Source: Alphaproteobacteria bacterium
GTDB lineage: Bacteria; Pseudomonadota; Alphaproteobacteria; Rs-D84; SZUA-605
Length of the DNA: 42,350 nt
Assembly (NCBI GenBank): GCA_003250835.1
Contig: QKJL01000018.1
Span: forward strand, 1 to 42,350
Direction: 5' to 3'
The position numbers were made by a program, and so were the translations under genes. Of this stretch, positions 9,038-18,805 are shown piece after piece (the stretch's first letter is position 1; each line of letters begins with the position of its first letter). A model generated the notes under the pieces. That model was not told the DNA's origin and ran no database searches. It worked only from the letters and a program-made list of their open reading frames with translations.

Positions 9038-10081
9038 ATGGCTGGACCAGTTAATTTTTTTGCGATACTTGGATCGTTTGTGCTTTCAGGTTATTTAATG
9101 GTAATTGGAAAAACAATTCTTATTCCATTTATTCTTGCCCTCTTCTTTTGGTATCTTATTCATGCAGTTGCTTCATTTTATAAACGCGCATTACCCGATC
9201 ATTATGCAGATACATTTTTACCCAAGCTCGCTTTACCTTTTTCACTGTTAGCCGTTATTGGTATGATTGTTGCAATTGTTTATGGCATTCGTACTAACTT
9301 GACTGAAGTGATTGCAATGGCACCTATTTATCAAGAAAAACTTCGTATTCTTGCTGAAAAAGGATTGAATGCTATTCCTTTTGACCATGATTTCACAGTG
9401 AGTCAAATTACTGAAAAAATCAGTTTACCAAAGATTATTGGTATGTTTGTAGGCAGTTTAACAATGATTATCAAAACCACAGGTTTGATCTTGTTATATG
9501 TTGTTTTCTTATTAGCAGAAGCAGGATTATTCCAAGAAAAATTAAATCATCTTTCATCAAATGTATTTAAATTTAAAAAGAAAAATGTTTTGCAAAATAT
9601 TGATGAAAAAATCAAACTTTATTTAACTGTGAAAACAATGGTTAGTATTTCAACAGCGTTAATCAGTTATGTAATTATGAAATCAGTTGGATTGGACTTT
9701 GCTTCATTCTGGGCTGTTGTCATCTTTTTACTTAATTACGTTCCAACATTTGGATCAATCATTGGTACCTTATTCCCAGTTACTATTGCACTTGTTCAAT
9801 TTGACAGCCTCACACCATTTTTAATTGTTGCGATTGGAATTTCTTTAGCTCAAATTATTATTGGTAACATTATTGAACCACGTATTATGGGAAATTCACT
9901 CAATTTATCTCCGTTAATGATCATGCTCTCACTTGTGATTTTTGGCATGCTATGGGGTGTACTTGGCATGTTTGTTTGTGTTCCATTGACAGTGATCCTT
10001 ATGATCGTTCTTTCTGAATTTAAGTCAACTCGTTGGGTAGCTGTTATGATGTCCCAAAATGGAAAATTAGAAATTGAATAA
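9038..10081 (+). CDS. AI-2E (PerM/TqsA) family transporter
   Basis: Multiple TM segments, NYVPTFGS, GNIIEPRIMG, SLNLSPL, LWGVLGM motifs. Confidence 0.88.
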   Translation: MAGPVNFFAILGSFVLSGYLMVIGKTILIPFILALFFWYLIHAVASFYKRALPDHYADTFLPKLALPFSLLAVIGMIVAIVYGIRTNLTEVIAMAPIYQEKLRILAEKGLNAIPFDHDFTVSQITEKISLPKIIGMFVGSLTMIIKTTGLILLYVVFLLAEAGLFQEKLNHLSSNVFKFKKKNVLQNIDEKIKLYLTVKTMVSISTALISYVIMKSVGLDFASFWAVVIFLLNYVPTFGSIIGTLFPVTIALVQFDSLTPFLIVAIGISLAQIIIGNIIEPRIMGNSLNLSPLMIMLSLVIFGMLWGVLGMFVCVPLTVILMIVLSEFKSTRWVAVMMSQNGKLEIE

Positions 10082-10588
10082 TTAAACTTTTGCGAGAAAA
10101 CGCCAGTGTTTATCAACGCCCTGCTTTAAACCTATGCGGGGCGTTGTTTCATAGTCATACTCAATCTCAGTTTGTTCAACAAAAAATTTATTATCTGTAA
10201 ACAGATCTACGCCATTTTGATCTTTTGTAATTCCAAAGTATCGTGTCAATTTTCCAGGACCATTGTAATGCACACCATCATCCCCGATTACCCCTCGAAT
10301 CAGCACTGCAGCTGGGATCCCATGATCTTCTGCGATAAAGTTCATACAATGATACATCCCATAAATCAAATACACATAAACTAAACCTGGGTGATCAAAC
10401 ATGATTGCATTACGTGGTGTTTTACCTTTGTGTGCGTGAGACCCTTCATCTGGTTCTGCAGCACCTCCATATGCTTCGGTTTCGGTAATCACACCTGTTT
10501 TTCCATTAAAGTGAATACGGGCACCCAGTAATTCTTTTGCCACTGTTAATGTTGGTTGATTAAAAAATTCTTTTATCAGTTTTTTCAT
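10082..10588 (-). CDS. DNA-3-methyladenine glycosylase (MPG/AAG family)
   Basis: ITETEAY, YVYLIYGMYHCMN, AAVLIRG, GPGKL, TPRIG; start moved to MKKLIKEFF. Confidence 0.92.
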   Translation of the reverse strand: MKKLIKEFFNQPTLTVAKELLGARIHFNGKTGVITETEAYGGAAEPDEGSHAHKGKTPRNAIMFDHPGLVYVYLIYGMYHCMNFIAEDHGIPAAVLIRGVIGDDGVHYNGPGKLTRYFGITKDQNGVDLFTDNKFFVEQTEIEYDYETTPRIGLKQGVDKHWRFLAKV

Positions 10589-10700
10589 CCCTTTATTATG
10601 ATGATTATCCTTTGTATTTTCAAGTCTGATTTTTCTTGCAATTTTTAAAGTGTTGTGGCATTGTTGGGACATTCAAAATTTTAACAAAGGAAGTGTTTTT

Positions 10701-11267
10701 ATGAAAGTAGATGCAAGTCAAATTCGTATGGGATCAATTATTTTGCACAAAGGTAAAAAATGTGTTGTGTTGAAACGCGATACTGTAAAGCCTGGAAAAG
10801 GTCCTGCTTATGCTCAACTCGAACTCCGCGATATCGAAAGTGGATCAAAAATGAACGATCGTTTTAATACTTCTGATAAAGTGGAAAAATTGGAAACATC
10901 TGATTTGAAATGCCAATTCCTTTATGCAGATGCTGATGGACTTAATTTCATGAATACTGAAACATATGACCAATTTACTTTACCAGCAGATATTATGGGT
11001 GAACAACTCCCATTTTTAACAGATGGAATGGAAGTTAATCTTAAACTTGTTGATGGAGAACCATTTTCAGTTGGCTTACCACAAAGCGTTATCTGTACAG
11101 TTGCTGATACAGAAGCTGTGGTAAAAGGTCAAACAGCTGCTTCATCAAATAAACCTGCTACACTTGATAATGGATTGCGTATTATGGTACCTCCATTCAT
11201 TACAGTTGGCGAAGAAGTGGTTGTGAACACTCAAGATATTGCTTATATGGAACGTGCTAAAAAATAA
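10701..11267 (+). CDS. efp: Elongation factor P
   Basis: VKPGKGPAY tip motif, KPATLDNGLRIMVPPFI; start at MKVDAS. Confidence 0.96.
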   Translation: MKVDASQIRMGSIILHKGKKCVVLKRDTVKPGKGPAYAQLELRDIESGSKMNDRFNTSDKVEKLETSDLKCQFLYADADGLNFMNTETYDQFTLPADIMGEQLPFLTDGMEVNLKLVDGEPFSVGLPQSVICTVADTEAVVKGQTAASSNKPATLDNGLRIMVPPFITVGEEVVVNTQDIAYMERAKK

Positions 11268-11836
11268 TGAACTTACTTAATCGTGATTACGATAAATATT
11301 TGTCAGGGAAAGAAACTTTACAACTGGCGGCTCATAAATCGCCAGTGTATACCTTTTTAAATTTTTGGTTTAAGTTTTTCTTTGGTTTTATTTTCTTTGG
11401 AATCATTTTTGTGATGAAACATAAAATTAATTTATTTATTTTAAATTCATTTGCTGATTTATCACCTTCGATTATTTCGATTTTTAACACAGCTTTGATT
11501 TGGACAGCTGTTTTATACCTTATTATGATTTCAACATCGTATTTACGTTTACGTGCTTTCACTTATTTATTAACTGATCAATCTTTGTATATTGTGTCTG
11601 GACTTTTAAGTAAAAAATCTATTCACATTCCATATGATCAAGTAACTGACACTGAAGTTGATCAAAGCTTTTTTGATAAACTGATTTATAACGCAGGTAC
11701 ACTTAAAGTGAATACTTCTGGTAACCCTGCATTTATTAACTCTGGCACTCATGAATTAGATATGGCATATGAAGGTATGCTTACTAAGATTGAACATCCA
11801 GTTAAATTCAAAAACATTATTTCAAAGCATCTTTAG
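11267..11836 (+). CDS. Membrane protein with bacterial PH domain
   Basis: Two TM helices then YLLTDQ...SGLLS...IPY..V....V.QS...G pattern; TAATG overlap with efp. Confidence 0.75.
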   Translation: MNLLNRDYDKYLSGKETLQLAAHKSPVYTFLNFWFKFFFGFIFFGIIFVMKHKINLFILNSFADLSPSIISIFNTALIWTAVLYLIMISTSYLRLRAFTYLLTDQSLYIVSGLLSKKSIHIPYDQVTDTEVDQSFFDKLIYNAGTLKVNTSGNPAFINSGTHELDMAYEGMLTKIEHPVKFKNIISKHL

Positions 11837-11837
11837 A

Positions 11838-13124
11838 ATGACTCATACAACTGACACTCAACTTATTGAATTAACGATAGATTCCATTGGTCACGAAGCT
11901 GATGGTATTGCCACACTTGATGATGAAAAAGTTTTCATCCCTTATACTTTGCCTGGTGAAACTGTTTTAGTTGAACGCCCACAATCTCGTCGTCACAAAC
12001 AAAGCAAACAACTCTTTTTACGTGAAGTAAAAAAAGAATCAGAAGATCGTCAAAAACCTTTCTGTCCTCTTTTCACACAATGCGGTGGATGTTCTGCTCA
12101 ACATATGACACCTGAATATTATTCGACTTGGAAACGTAATGCTTTAGCAAAAACTTTATCTCAACATGGTGTTGAAACACCTCTTGCCGATACTGTTTCT
12201 GTACCTCATAAATCTCGACGTCGCGTCTCTATGTCATATAAACATATGAAAGAAGGCAATTTCATTCTTGGATTCCGTCGCGCGATGTCTAACTTTACAA
12301 TCGATATTGATACCTGTCCCTTGATTGTAGACGAGTTAAATGCACTCATTGCACCAACAAAAGAATTACTACATAAAATTACCCTTCCGGGTTCAACAGG
12401 TTTTGTGAACATCACAGCCGTTGAAAATGGATTTGATTTTGTATGGTCTCCACACCGTAAAATCCCAATTGATTTATCAATTATTGATCCATGTACAGAA
12501 TTTGCTCAACAGCATCGAATCGTTCAAATGACTCGTGCTGGAAAAGAAATTATCTTTAAATCAAATGATGCTGTGATCAATTTTAATGGTGTCAAAATTG
12601 CGATGCCACCATCCGCTTTCCTTCAACCAAGTATCGAAGGTGAACATGCATTGGTTAATCTTGCTGTTGATGCGATTGATGAATATGCACCAAATGCCAC
12701 ACGCTTTGCTGACCTCTTTTCAGGTCTTGGAACGTTTACTATTCCTTTGGCGCAACGCCCAAATTCAAAAGTTGTGGCGGCTGATATTTTCTCACCTTCT
12801 GTTGAAAAACTAACCGATAAAGGTTTTCAAAATATTAAAGTTGAAGATCGTAATTTATTTGAAGAACCATTGGATGCAGATGAATTAAACAAGTTGGATG
12901 TTGTTGTACTCGATCCTCCACGTGCGGGATGTTTTGAACAAGCCAAAAAACTTGCAGACTCTGATGTGAAGTTAGTTGTTTACGTTTCATGTGGTCCAGC
13001 GACGTTTGCTCGTGATGCAGCTATTTTAATGGATGGTGGATATGAATTAGAAAAACTGACCCCAGTGGATCAGTTTCCATATACTCCGCATTTAGAACTT
13101 GTTGGCGTGTTTATTAAGCGTTAA
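11838..13124 (+). CDS. RNA m5U methyltransferase (RlmD/TrmA family)
   Basis: TRAM-like N-terminus, CPLFTQCGGC, AFLQ, DLFSGLGTF, LDPPRAG, YVSC, DQFPYTPHLE. Confidence 0.92.
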   Translation: MTHTTDTQLIELTIDSIGHEADGIATLDDEKVFIPYTLPGETVLVERPQSRRHKQSKQLFLREVKKESEDRQKPFCPLFTQCGGCSAQHMTPEYYSTWKRNALAKTLSQHGVETPLADTVSVPHKSRRRVSMSYKHMKEGNFILGFRRAMSNFTIDIDTCPLIVDELNALIAPTKELLHKITLPGSTGFVNITAVENGFDFVWSPHRKIPIDLSIIDPCTEFAQQHRIVQMTRAGKEIIFKSNDAVINFNGVKIAMPPSAFLQPSIEGEHALVNLAVDAIDEYAPNATRFADLFSGLGTFTIPLAQRPNSKVVAADIFSPSVEKLTDKGFQNIKVEDRNLFEEPLDADELNKLDVVVLDPPRAGCFEQAKKLADSDVKLVVYVSCGPATFARDAAILMDGGYELEKLTPVDQFPYTPHLELVGVFIKR

Positions 13125-13905
13125 GTTCTTCGATTTTTTCTTTCAGTTTCAAGAGGTCTTCCCAGGCCTCTTTTTTCTTAGATGGATCTTTGATCAAGAA
13201 TGTTGGGTGGTAAATTGCCATTGCTGGAATCCCATTGTAATCCAACCATTTTCCGTGGATACGTGTGATTCCTAATTTTTCACCAGTTAATGTTTGTGCC
13301 GCTGATCCCCCAAAGAAAACAATTACTTTTGGTTTAATCAATTCAATATGTTTTTTAATGAATGGGAGGCAGATTGCCACCTCTTCTGATGTTGGTGCAC
13401 GATTTCCTGGTGGACGCCAATTAATCATATTTGTTACATATGTATTTTCTTTGCGTGATAGTCCAATTGCCCCGAGCATTTTATCCAACAACTCTCCTGC
13501 ATTTCCAGCGAATGGTAAACCAGCACGATCTTCGTCAGCATTCGGTGCTTCGCCAATACACATCACAGTTGGTTCATTTTCAAATCCGTCCCCAATGATT
13601 GTGCTCATCGCAAACTTCTTTAAACTGCAGCCATCAAACTTTTTAATTTCAGTTTTGAATTCATCCAAATTAGCGATGCCTTCACATAGTTTTTGACTTT
13701 CGATTGCGCCTTGGATTGGTTTATCTGCCACCACAACGCTTTCTTTTTTGAACATTTCTCGAGTCGCGGATTGTAATCCTGATACGTTAGGACTCTTTTC
13801 AACTTTGAAATGAAAATAATCCTGCGGAATATCTGTTAGGAATTCATCGACCCCCGAATCATAGAAAAATTTAAGTAAATTTATGCTGTTATCTGTGTTT
13901 TTCAT
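13114..13905 (-). CDS. Uracil-DNA glycosylase, family 4
   Basis: GEAP..DED..G.PF.G, NWRPPGNRAP, YHPTF. Confidence 0.92.
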   Translation of the reverse strand: MKNTDNSINLLKFFYDSGVDEFLTDIPQDYFHFKVEKSPNVSGLQSATREMFKKESVVVADKPIQGAIESQKLCEGIANLDEFKTEIKKFDGCSLKKFAMSTIIGDGFENEPTVMCIGEAPNADEDRAGLPFAGNAGELLDKMLGAIGLSRKENTYVTNMINWRPPGNRAPTSEEVAICLPFIKKHIELIKPKVIVFFGGSAAQTLTGEKLGITRIHGKWLDYNGIPAMAIYHPTFLIKDPSKKKEAWEDLLKLKEKIEELNA

Positions 13906-13991
13906 GTCTTTGCTGTTGCAATTCGTTTTTTTCTTCTTATAATTGGAATTTAGCTTAACGTTAAACTACAACTTTATCAAGGAGAAATATC

Positions 13992-14450
13992 ATGAATAAG
14001 TTTTTTAAATTTGCTGGTGTTGCTGCGACGGCTGTAATGCTTTCAGCATGTTCACAAGAATTGTCATTGGGCGATCCAATTGACGGTATCGAACCAGGTA
14101 CTGCAGAAGATTTTGCTGCACGTGCTGGTGACAAAGTATACTTCGATTATGATCAATACAATGTACGTGCAGATGCTGAACAAACATTAACATTACAAGC
14201 ATTGTGGATGAACACATATGCTGATACGAATGTTCAAGTTCAAGGTCACTGTGACGAACGTGGAACTCGTGTTTATAACCAAGGATTGGGCGAACGTCGT
14301 GCTGATGCTGTTAAAGACTTCTTAGTTGCTAACGGTGTTGATGCTACTCGTTTGAGCACAATTTCTTACGGTGAAGAACGTCCAGAAGTTGATGGACATG
14401 ACGAAGCTGCTTGGGCGAAAAACCGCCGTGGCGTTTCTGTTGTGAAATAA
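13992..14450 (+). CDS. pal: Peptidoglycan-associated lipoprotein
   Basis: LSAC lipobox, VYFDYD, GHCDERGT..YN..LGERRA, WAKNRR. Confidence 0.93.
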   Translation: MNKFFKFAGVAATAVMLSACSQELSLGDPIDGIEPGTAEDFAARAGDKVYFDYDQYNVRADAEQTLTLQALWMNTYADTNVQVQGHCDERGTRVYNQGLGERRADAVKDFLVANGVDATRLSTISYGEERPEVDGHDEAAWAKNRRGVSVVK

Positions 14451-14470
14451 TCAACATATCAGTTGAAAAG

Positions 14471-14498
14471 ATCCCCTCCAATTGGCGGGGATTTTTTT
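14471..14498 (+). terminator. pal terminator
   Basis: ATCCCC...GGGGAT hairpin plus T7 tract. Confidence 0.75.
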
Positions 14499-14534
14499 AT
14501 GGCAGAATTTTAGTGTATTTGATACAATCATTTT

Positions 14535-15080
14535 ATGAAGAAAATTATTTATCTTGATATGGATGGTGTGCTTGCTGATTTTGAAACGCGTATTCAAACA
14601 GTTAAATGTGATAACGGGTGGGAACATCTTTGCTTTCGCTATCCTTATACACCTGAAGCGAAACAATTGTTACCTGAATTTTGGCATGCCGTTAAATCGC
14701 ATCCTGATTTTTTTATTTCACTTCCATTAATGCCACATGCTCAGCTGCTTTGGGATTATTGTAAACAACATGCTGATGACTTATTTGTTCTTACCTCTAT
14801 TCCACGCGGGTATGATACAGAAGAAAAAAATAGAATTGCGGCACAGAAATTACTTTGGATCCAACAAAATCTTGATCCATTATTTCAGGAAGATCATTTT
14901 ATTGGTTTGTTTGAACATCATGAAAAGAAGGCTGATTATGTTGTTCCCTCTTCTCCCGATCAACAAATTTTAATTGATGATTTGCCTCGCTATCTTGATC
15001 CATGGATAAAGGCTGGTGGCACTGGGATTTTATACAATGATCACCACACTGCAATGGAAGAGCTCAAAAAAATCTTCTGA
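14535..15080 (+). CDS. HAD-family 5'(3')-deoxyribonucleotidase-like protein
   Basis: IYLDMDGVLADF, LTS, K..W, ILIDD, W..AGG.GIL motifs. Confidence 0.8.
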   Translation: MKKIIYLDMDGVLADFETRIQTVKCDNGWEHLCFRYPYTPEAKQLLPEFWHAVKSHPDFFISLPLMPHAQLLWDYCKQHADDLFVLTSIPRGYDTEEKNRIAAQKLLWIQQNLDPLFQEDHFIGLFEHHEKKADYVVPSSPDQQILIDDLPRYLDPWIKAGGTGILYNDHHTAMEELKKIF

Positions 15081-16415
15081 TTATTTTTTCTTTAAGCTGT
15101 TTAATAAATCAGATAATTTGAGATATTCGATTGAATCTTTTTTCAATTTATCTTTGGCACGTTTAATTTGTTTTAAGGCCTCTTTTTTATCACCGATGGC
15201 TGCATAATATTCTGCAAGTGCATAGAATGCCTTTCCTTCATCTTCACTGCGTCCATATCCAATTGAAAGTAATTTCCACCCATAGGCGATTGATTTATCA
15301 ATACCAAGCGCTTTGTTCAAATCTTTGATTGCTGATTTTTCCTGTCCTGGTGTTTGTAATTTTGCTTCCGCTAATTGCACCAAGATTAATGGATGTTCAT
15401 CTGAATATTTTGATGCCAATTCAAATTCTTTTTGCGCCTCTTTTACATCGCCTCTTTCAAATAAAATTTGTCCTTTGATTTCGCGATAGTATGGGTCATT
15501 TGGTGATTGCTTTAACAATACATTAATTTCTTTTTCTGCACGGTCATAATGATTATGTTTTAAGTATGACAATGTACGTGCATAACGATCTGCTTCACTA
15601 TTACCTTTATATGTTGTTGCTATTTCATATTCAGTCCATAAGTATCCAGCAAACTTTGCTTTCACACGTTGAAATTCTTCTTCATCTTTATTAGATTTTT
15701 TTTGAGCCAAGATCGAATCTATTTTTATCTTTTCTTCGATATGTGTTTTACGATCTTCTGTTAATGGGTGAGATTGCCAATATGGAGATGATTTAGGTGA
15801 CAACATTTGTTCTTGTTCAATGATCTCCATAAATTCCAATAACCCTTTTCCAGATTGATTGGTATCCGCCAATAAATTCAACCCAAATTCATCCGCCATT
15901 TCTTCTTCTTTTCGTGTATATGATAGTACTGAACTTTGAGCCATTGACGTTGATCCTAGTAAGATGGCTGTTCCTAATTCTCCGCCGCCGTTTCCAGAAC
16001 CTGCGGCCATCGCGGCAGCCCCCAATGCCATTCCGATCATTGCCTTTATTTGAGCGGCTTTGATTTCTTTATTTAAACGTACCAAATGCCCACCCATCAT
16101 ATGACCAGTTTCATGGGCAATTACCCCAGATATTTGATTTGCATGTGTTGCAGCTGTAATTAATCCCGCATAAATAAACAGATTTTGTCCCCCTGCCACA
16201 AATGCATTTACATTTTCATCTGGGATTAAATAAATGTTTACTCGTTTTGGATTCAGATCCGCACTTTCGAAAATTGGGATTGATAATTCGCGTATGAATT
16301 TTTCGATTTCAGCATCACGCACCAGTGATAATGCATTCGCTGAATTTGAATAAGAAAAAACCAGCCATGCACATAGCATTAGTATGCGTATAATGAAGGC
16401 TGGTTTCTTTTTCAT
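15081..16415 (-). CDS. M48 family metalloprotease with TPR repeats (BepA-like)
   Basis: Signal peptide, VNAFVAGG, HETGH, E..AD, SHP; TPR-like C-terminus. Confidence 0.9.
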   Translation of the reverse strand: MKKKPAFIIRILMLCAWLVFSYSNSANALSLVRDAEIEKFIRELSIPIFESADLNPKRVNIYLIPDENVNAFVAGGQNLFIYAGLITAATHANQISGVIAHETGHMMGGHLVRLNKEIKAAQIKAMIGMALGAAAMAAGSGNGGGELGTAILLGSTSMAQSSVLSYTRKEEEMADEFGLNLLADTNQSGKGLLEFMEIIEQEQMLSPKSSPYWQSHPLTEDRKTHIEEKIKIDSILAQKKSNKDEEEFQRVKAKFAGYLWTEYEIATTYKGNSEADRYARTLSYLKHNHYDRAEKEINVLLKQSPNDPYYREIKGQILFERGDVKEAQKEFELASKYSDEHPLILVQLAEAKLQTPGQEKSAIKDLNKALGIDKSIAYGWKLLSIGYGRSEDEGKAFYALAEYYAAIGDKKEALKQIKRAKDKLKKDSIEYLKLSDLLNSLKKK

Positions 16416-16418
16416 TTA

Positions 16419-18401
16419 TTATCCTTTTTTATTATTAGGATTTTGTTTTTTGTTTCCGTTGTTTCCATTGTTTCCGTTATTGCGGTTACGATTTTGGTTA
16501 TTACGATTTTGATTATTACGGTTACGATTACGGTTACGATTGCGGTTACGGTTTTTATTATTTCCACCGCTGCGATTTTGGTTTGAACGACTTGATGTTG
16601 TTTCTACTTCAAACTTATCTCCGAACAAACGTTCCCATAATGTTTTCTTTTCAGGATTACGACGTGTCATCTCTGCTACTTGCATACGGTCACGATTAGC
16701 CTTTTGCAAGTTTGAACTTTGATGGTCAGTATTTACAGCTTTCTTTTCTTTCAAATACGCGCCTGTTTTTTCATCTTTTTTCAAACGTGTAATTTGATAA
16801 TCAAAGAATGATACCAATGTTTCATCACCGTTAATTACAATATTTGTTTTGTAATTCTTTTCTAAAGATAAAATATCTTCACGTTTTTGGTTTAAGATAT
16901 ACAATGCTACGTCAGATGGTAAGTTTACATAGAAACGTTCACTTGGACGGTGAATTACTTCTTCTTCTAATTGACGAATTAATAATACTGCTGATGTTTC
17001 TACTGATGGTAAAATTCCACGGCCATGACAATGTGGACATGGTAAGTATGATGATTCAGTGAAACTTGCACGTAGACGTTGACGTGATAATTCCATTAAT
17101 CCAAATCCAGAAATTTTACGCATTTGAACTTTTGCACGGTCATCACGTAGGGCTTCACGCATACGTTGTTCAACTGCACGGTTATTCTTTTCTTCTTCCA
17201 TATCGATAAAGTCGATTACAACCAATCCTGCCAAATCACGTAAACGTAATTGACGTGCAACTTCTTCGGCTGCTTCTAAATTTGTATTTAGTGCAGTTTC
17301 TTCGATTGAACGTTCACGAGTTGAACGGCCAGAGTTCACGTCGATTGCCACCAAAGCTTCTGTTTGGTTCAATACAATTGTTCCACCACTTTTTAATTTT
17401 ACTTCTGGTGAGTGAATTGTTTGCAATTGTTTTTCGATATTATAGTGAATAAACAATGGCACTTGTTCTTTGTAATGTTTGATCAAACGTGTGCTTGGTT
17501 TTCCACATAATTCTTTATAAAATGTACGTGCTTCTTTTATTGTTTCTTCACCTTGGATGATAATTTCTTTTACATCGCTTGATGCCATGTCACGTAATAC
17601 TTTTTTAATCAAGCTTCCTTCTTCGTAAATTTTTGAAGGTGCTGATGCTTCCAATGTTTTTTCGCGAATTGAATTCCATAGGTTAATTAAGTAATCAAAA
17701 TCTTGTTTGATTTCTTCTTTTGTACGATCTACCCCTGCTGTACGCACGATTGATGTCATGCCTTCGGGAATTTTAAATCCTTTTAAAACATCACGTAATT
17801 TTTTACGATCTTCACCTTTGAAAATTTTACGTGAAATTCCATATGAACAACGACGGTTGCTGTTTGGCATTAACACAGAATAACGACCTGCCAATGATAG
17901 GTAAGTTGTTAATGCAGCACCTTTGTTTCCGCGTTCTTCTTTTACACCTTGTACTAAGATTACTTGGCGAGGTTTAATTACTTCTTGAATTTTGTATTTG
18001 CTTTGCAAATCTTTCCAAGAGCCTTCTTTTCCATCGTCATCATTTGAAAATGTTTCAATTGTTTCTTCGTTTTCGTCTGGCACAATATCAGCTTCTTCTT
18101 CTGATGCAGGTGCACAGCCTTTTTGACTTTCAATTAATTTTTGTTTGTCTTCATTTGGGATTTGGTAATAATCTGGATGAATTTCAGAAAATGGCAAGAA
18201 CCCATGACGGTCCATTCCATAGTCCACGAACGCAGCCTGAAGCGATGGTTCAACACGCACCACTTTTGCTAAATAAATATCACCTTTAATTTGATTTTTT
18301 GTTGTTGTCTCTAGATCAAAATCTTCGATATAGTTTCCATCTAGGACCACTGCTCGAATATCTTCCTGGTGGAGAGCATCGATCAATATTTTTTTGCTCA
18401 T
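16419..18401 (-). CDS. rne: Ribonuclease E/G family protein
   Basis: VEPSLQAAFVDYG, KEERGNKGAALTT, AIDVNSGR, DLAGLVVIDFIDM, CPHC Zn link; Asn/Arg-rich tail. Confidence 0.95.
   Translation of the reverse strand: MSKKILIDALHQEDIRAVVLDGNYIEDFDLETTTKNQIKGDIYLAKVVRVEPSLQAAFVDYGMDRHGFLPFSEIHPDYYQIPNEDKQKLIESQKGCAPASEEEADIVPDENEETIETFSNDDDGKEGSWKDLQSKYKIQEVIKPRQVILVQGVKEERGNKGAALTTYLSLAGRYSVLMPNSNRRCSYGISRKIFKGEDRKKLRDVLKGFKIPEGMTSIVRTAGVDRTKEEIKQDFDYLINLWNSIREKTLEASAPSKIYEEGSLIKKVLRDMASSDVKEIIIQGEETIKEARTFYKELCGKPSTRLIKHYKEQVPLFIHYNIEKQLQTIHSPEVKLKSGGTIVLNQTEALVAIDVNSGRSTRERSIEETALNTNLEAAEEVARQLRLRDLAGLVVIDFIDMEEEKNNRAVEQRMREALRDDRAKVQMRKISGFGLMELSRQRLRASFTESSYLPCPHCHGRGILPSVETSAVLLIRQLEEEVIHRPSERFYVNLPSDVALYILNQKREDILSLEKNYKTNIVINGDETLVSFFDYQITRLKKDEKTGAYLKEKKAVNTDHQSSNLQKANRDRMQVAEMTRRNPEKKTLWERLFGDKFEVETTSSRSNQNRSGGNNKNRNRNRNRNRNRNNQNRNNQNRNRNNGNNGNNGNKKQNPNNKKG
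16430..16590 (-). repeat. Low-complexity (AAYCGT)n / Asn-Arg-Gly coding repeats in rne tail
   Basis: Encodes NRNRNRNRNRNRNNQNRNNQNRNRNNGNNGNNG. Confidence 0.85.
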
Positions 18402-18440
18402 GTATAAAACTCCTTTGTATATACTTTTCTTTTTTTAGCA

Positions 18441-18603
18441 TTTCTTGCCCAAAAGATCGTCCACAATCCTGATTACATACGTTGGCGACGCAATACATTG
18501 CCGTCGCATTGTCGGATTTCATAATTTCATAGTGGTAAACTGATTGCCCGATTTGTTGGCAAGAAAATACAACCCGATTAATCCATTGTTGTAATCGAGG
18601 TTG
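18441..18603 (-). promoter_or_regulatory. Structured rne 5' leader
   Basis: TTTCTTGCC(18441-49)/GGCAAGAAA(18558-66) outer stem, inner GCGACGCAAT/ATTGCCGTCGC hairpin, and CAACCCGATTA/TAATCGAGGTTG hairpin. Confidence 0.6.
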
Positions 18604-18805
18604 CAGAACCGTTGAAAATTTTTGTGTTATTTTTTTTAACATTTTTTGTTTTCGTGCTTTTATGGGCCTCATGCCCAAATTTTTAAGCTGTCTTAAATAT
18701 GGCTTAAAACACATTAAAAGACAAGGAAAAAATTTTAACCTTGTACTTTTTCTCTGTTTTTCATATAATAAGCAAGAACATTCTTTATACATGAGGAGAA
18801 GTATA

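Noticed and set aside
16430-16590. CRISPR or non-coding repeat
   Set aside because: These are in-frame 6- to 15-bp coding repeats with no unique spacers; no CRISPR array or cas gene was seen anywhere in the window.
18316-18792. 158-aa minus-strand ORF upstream of rne
   Set aside because: It overlaps rne out of frame, has atypical composition and spans promoter/UTR sequence, so it is probably spurious.
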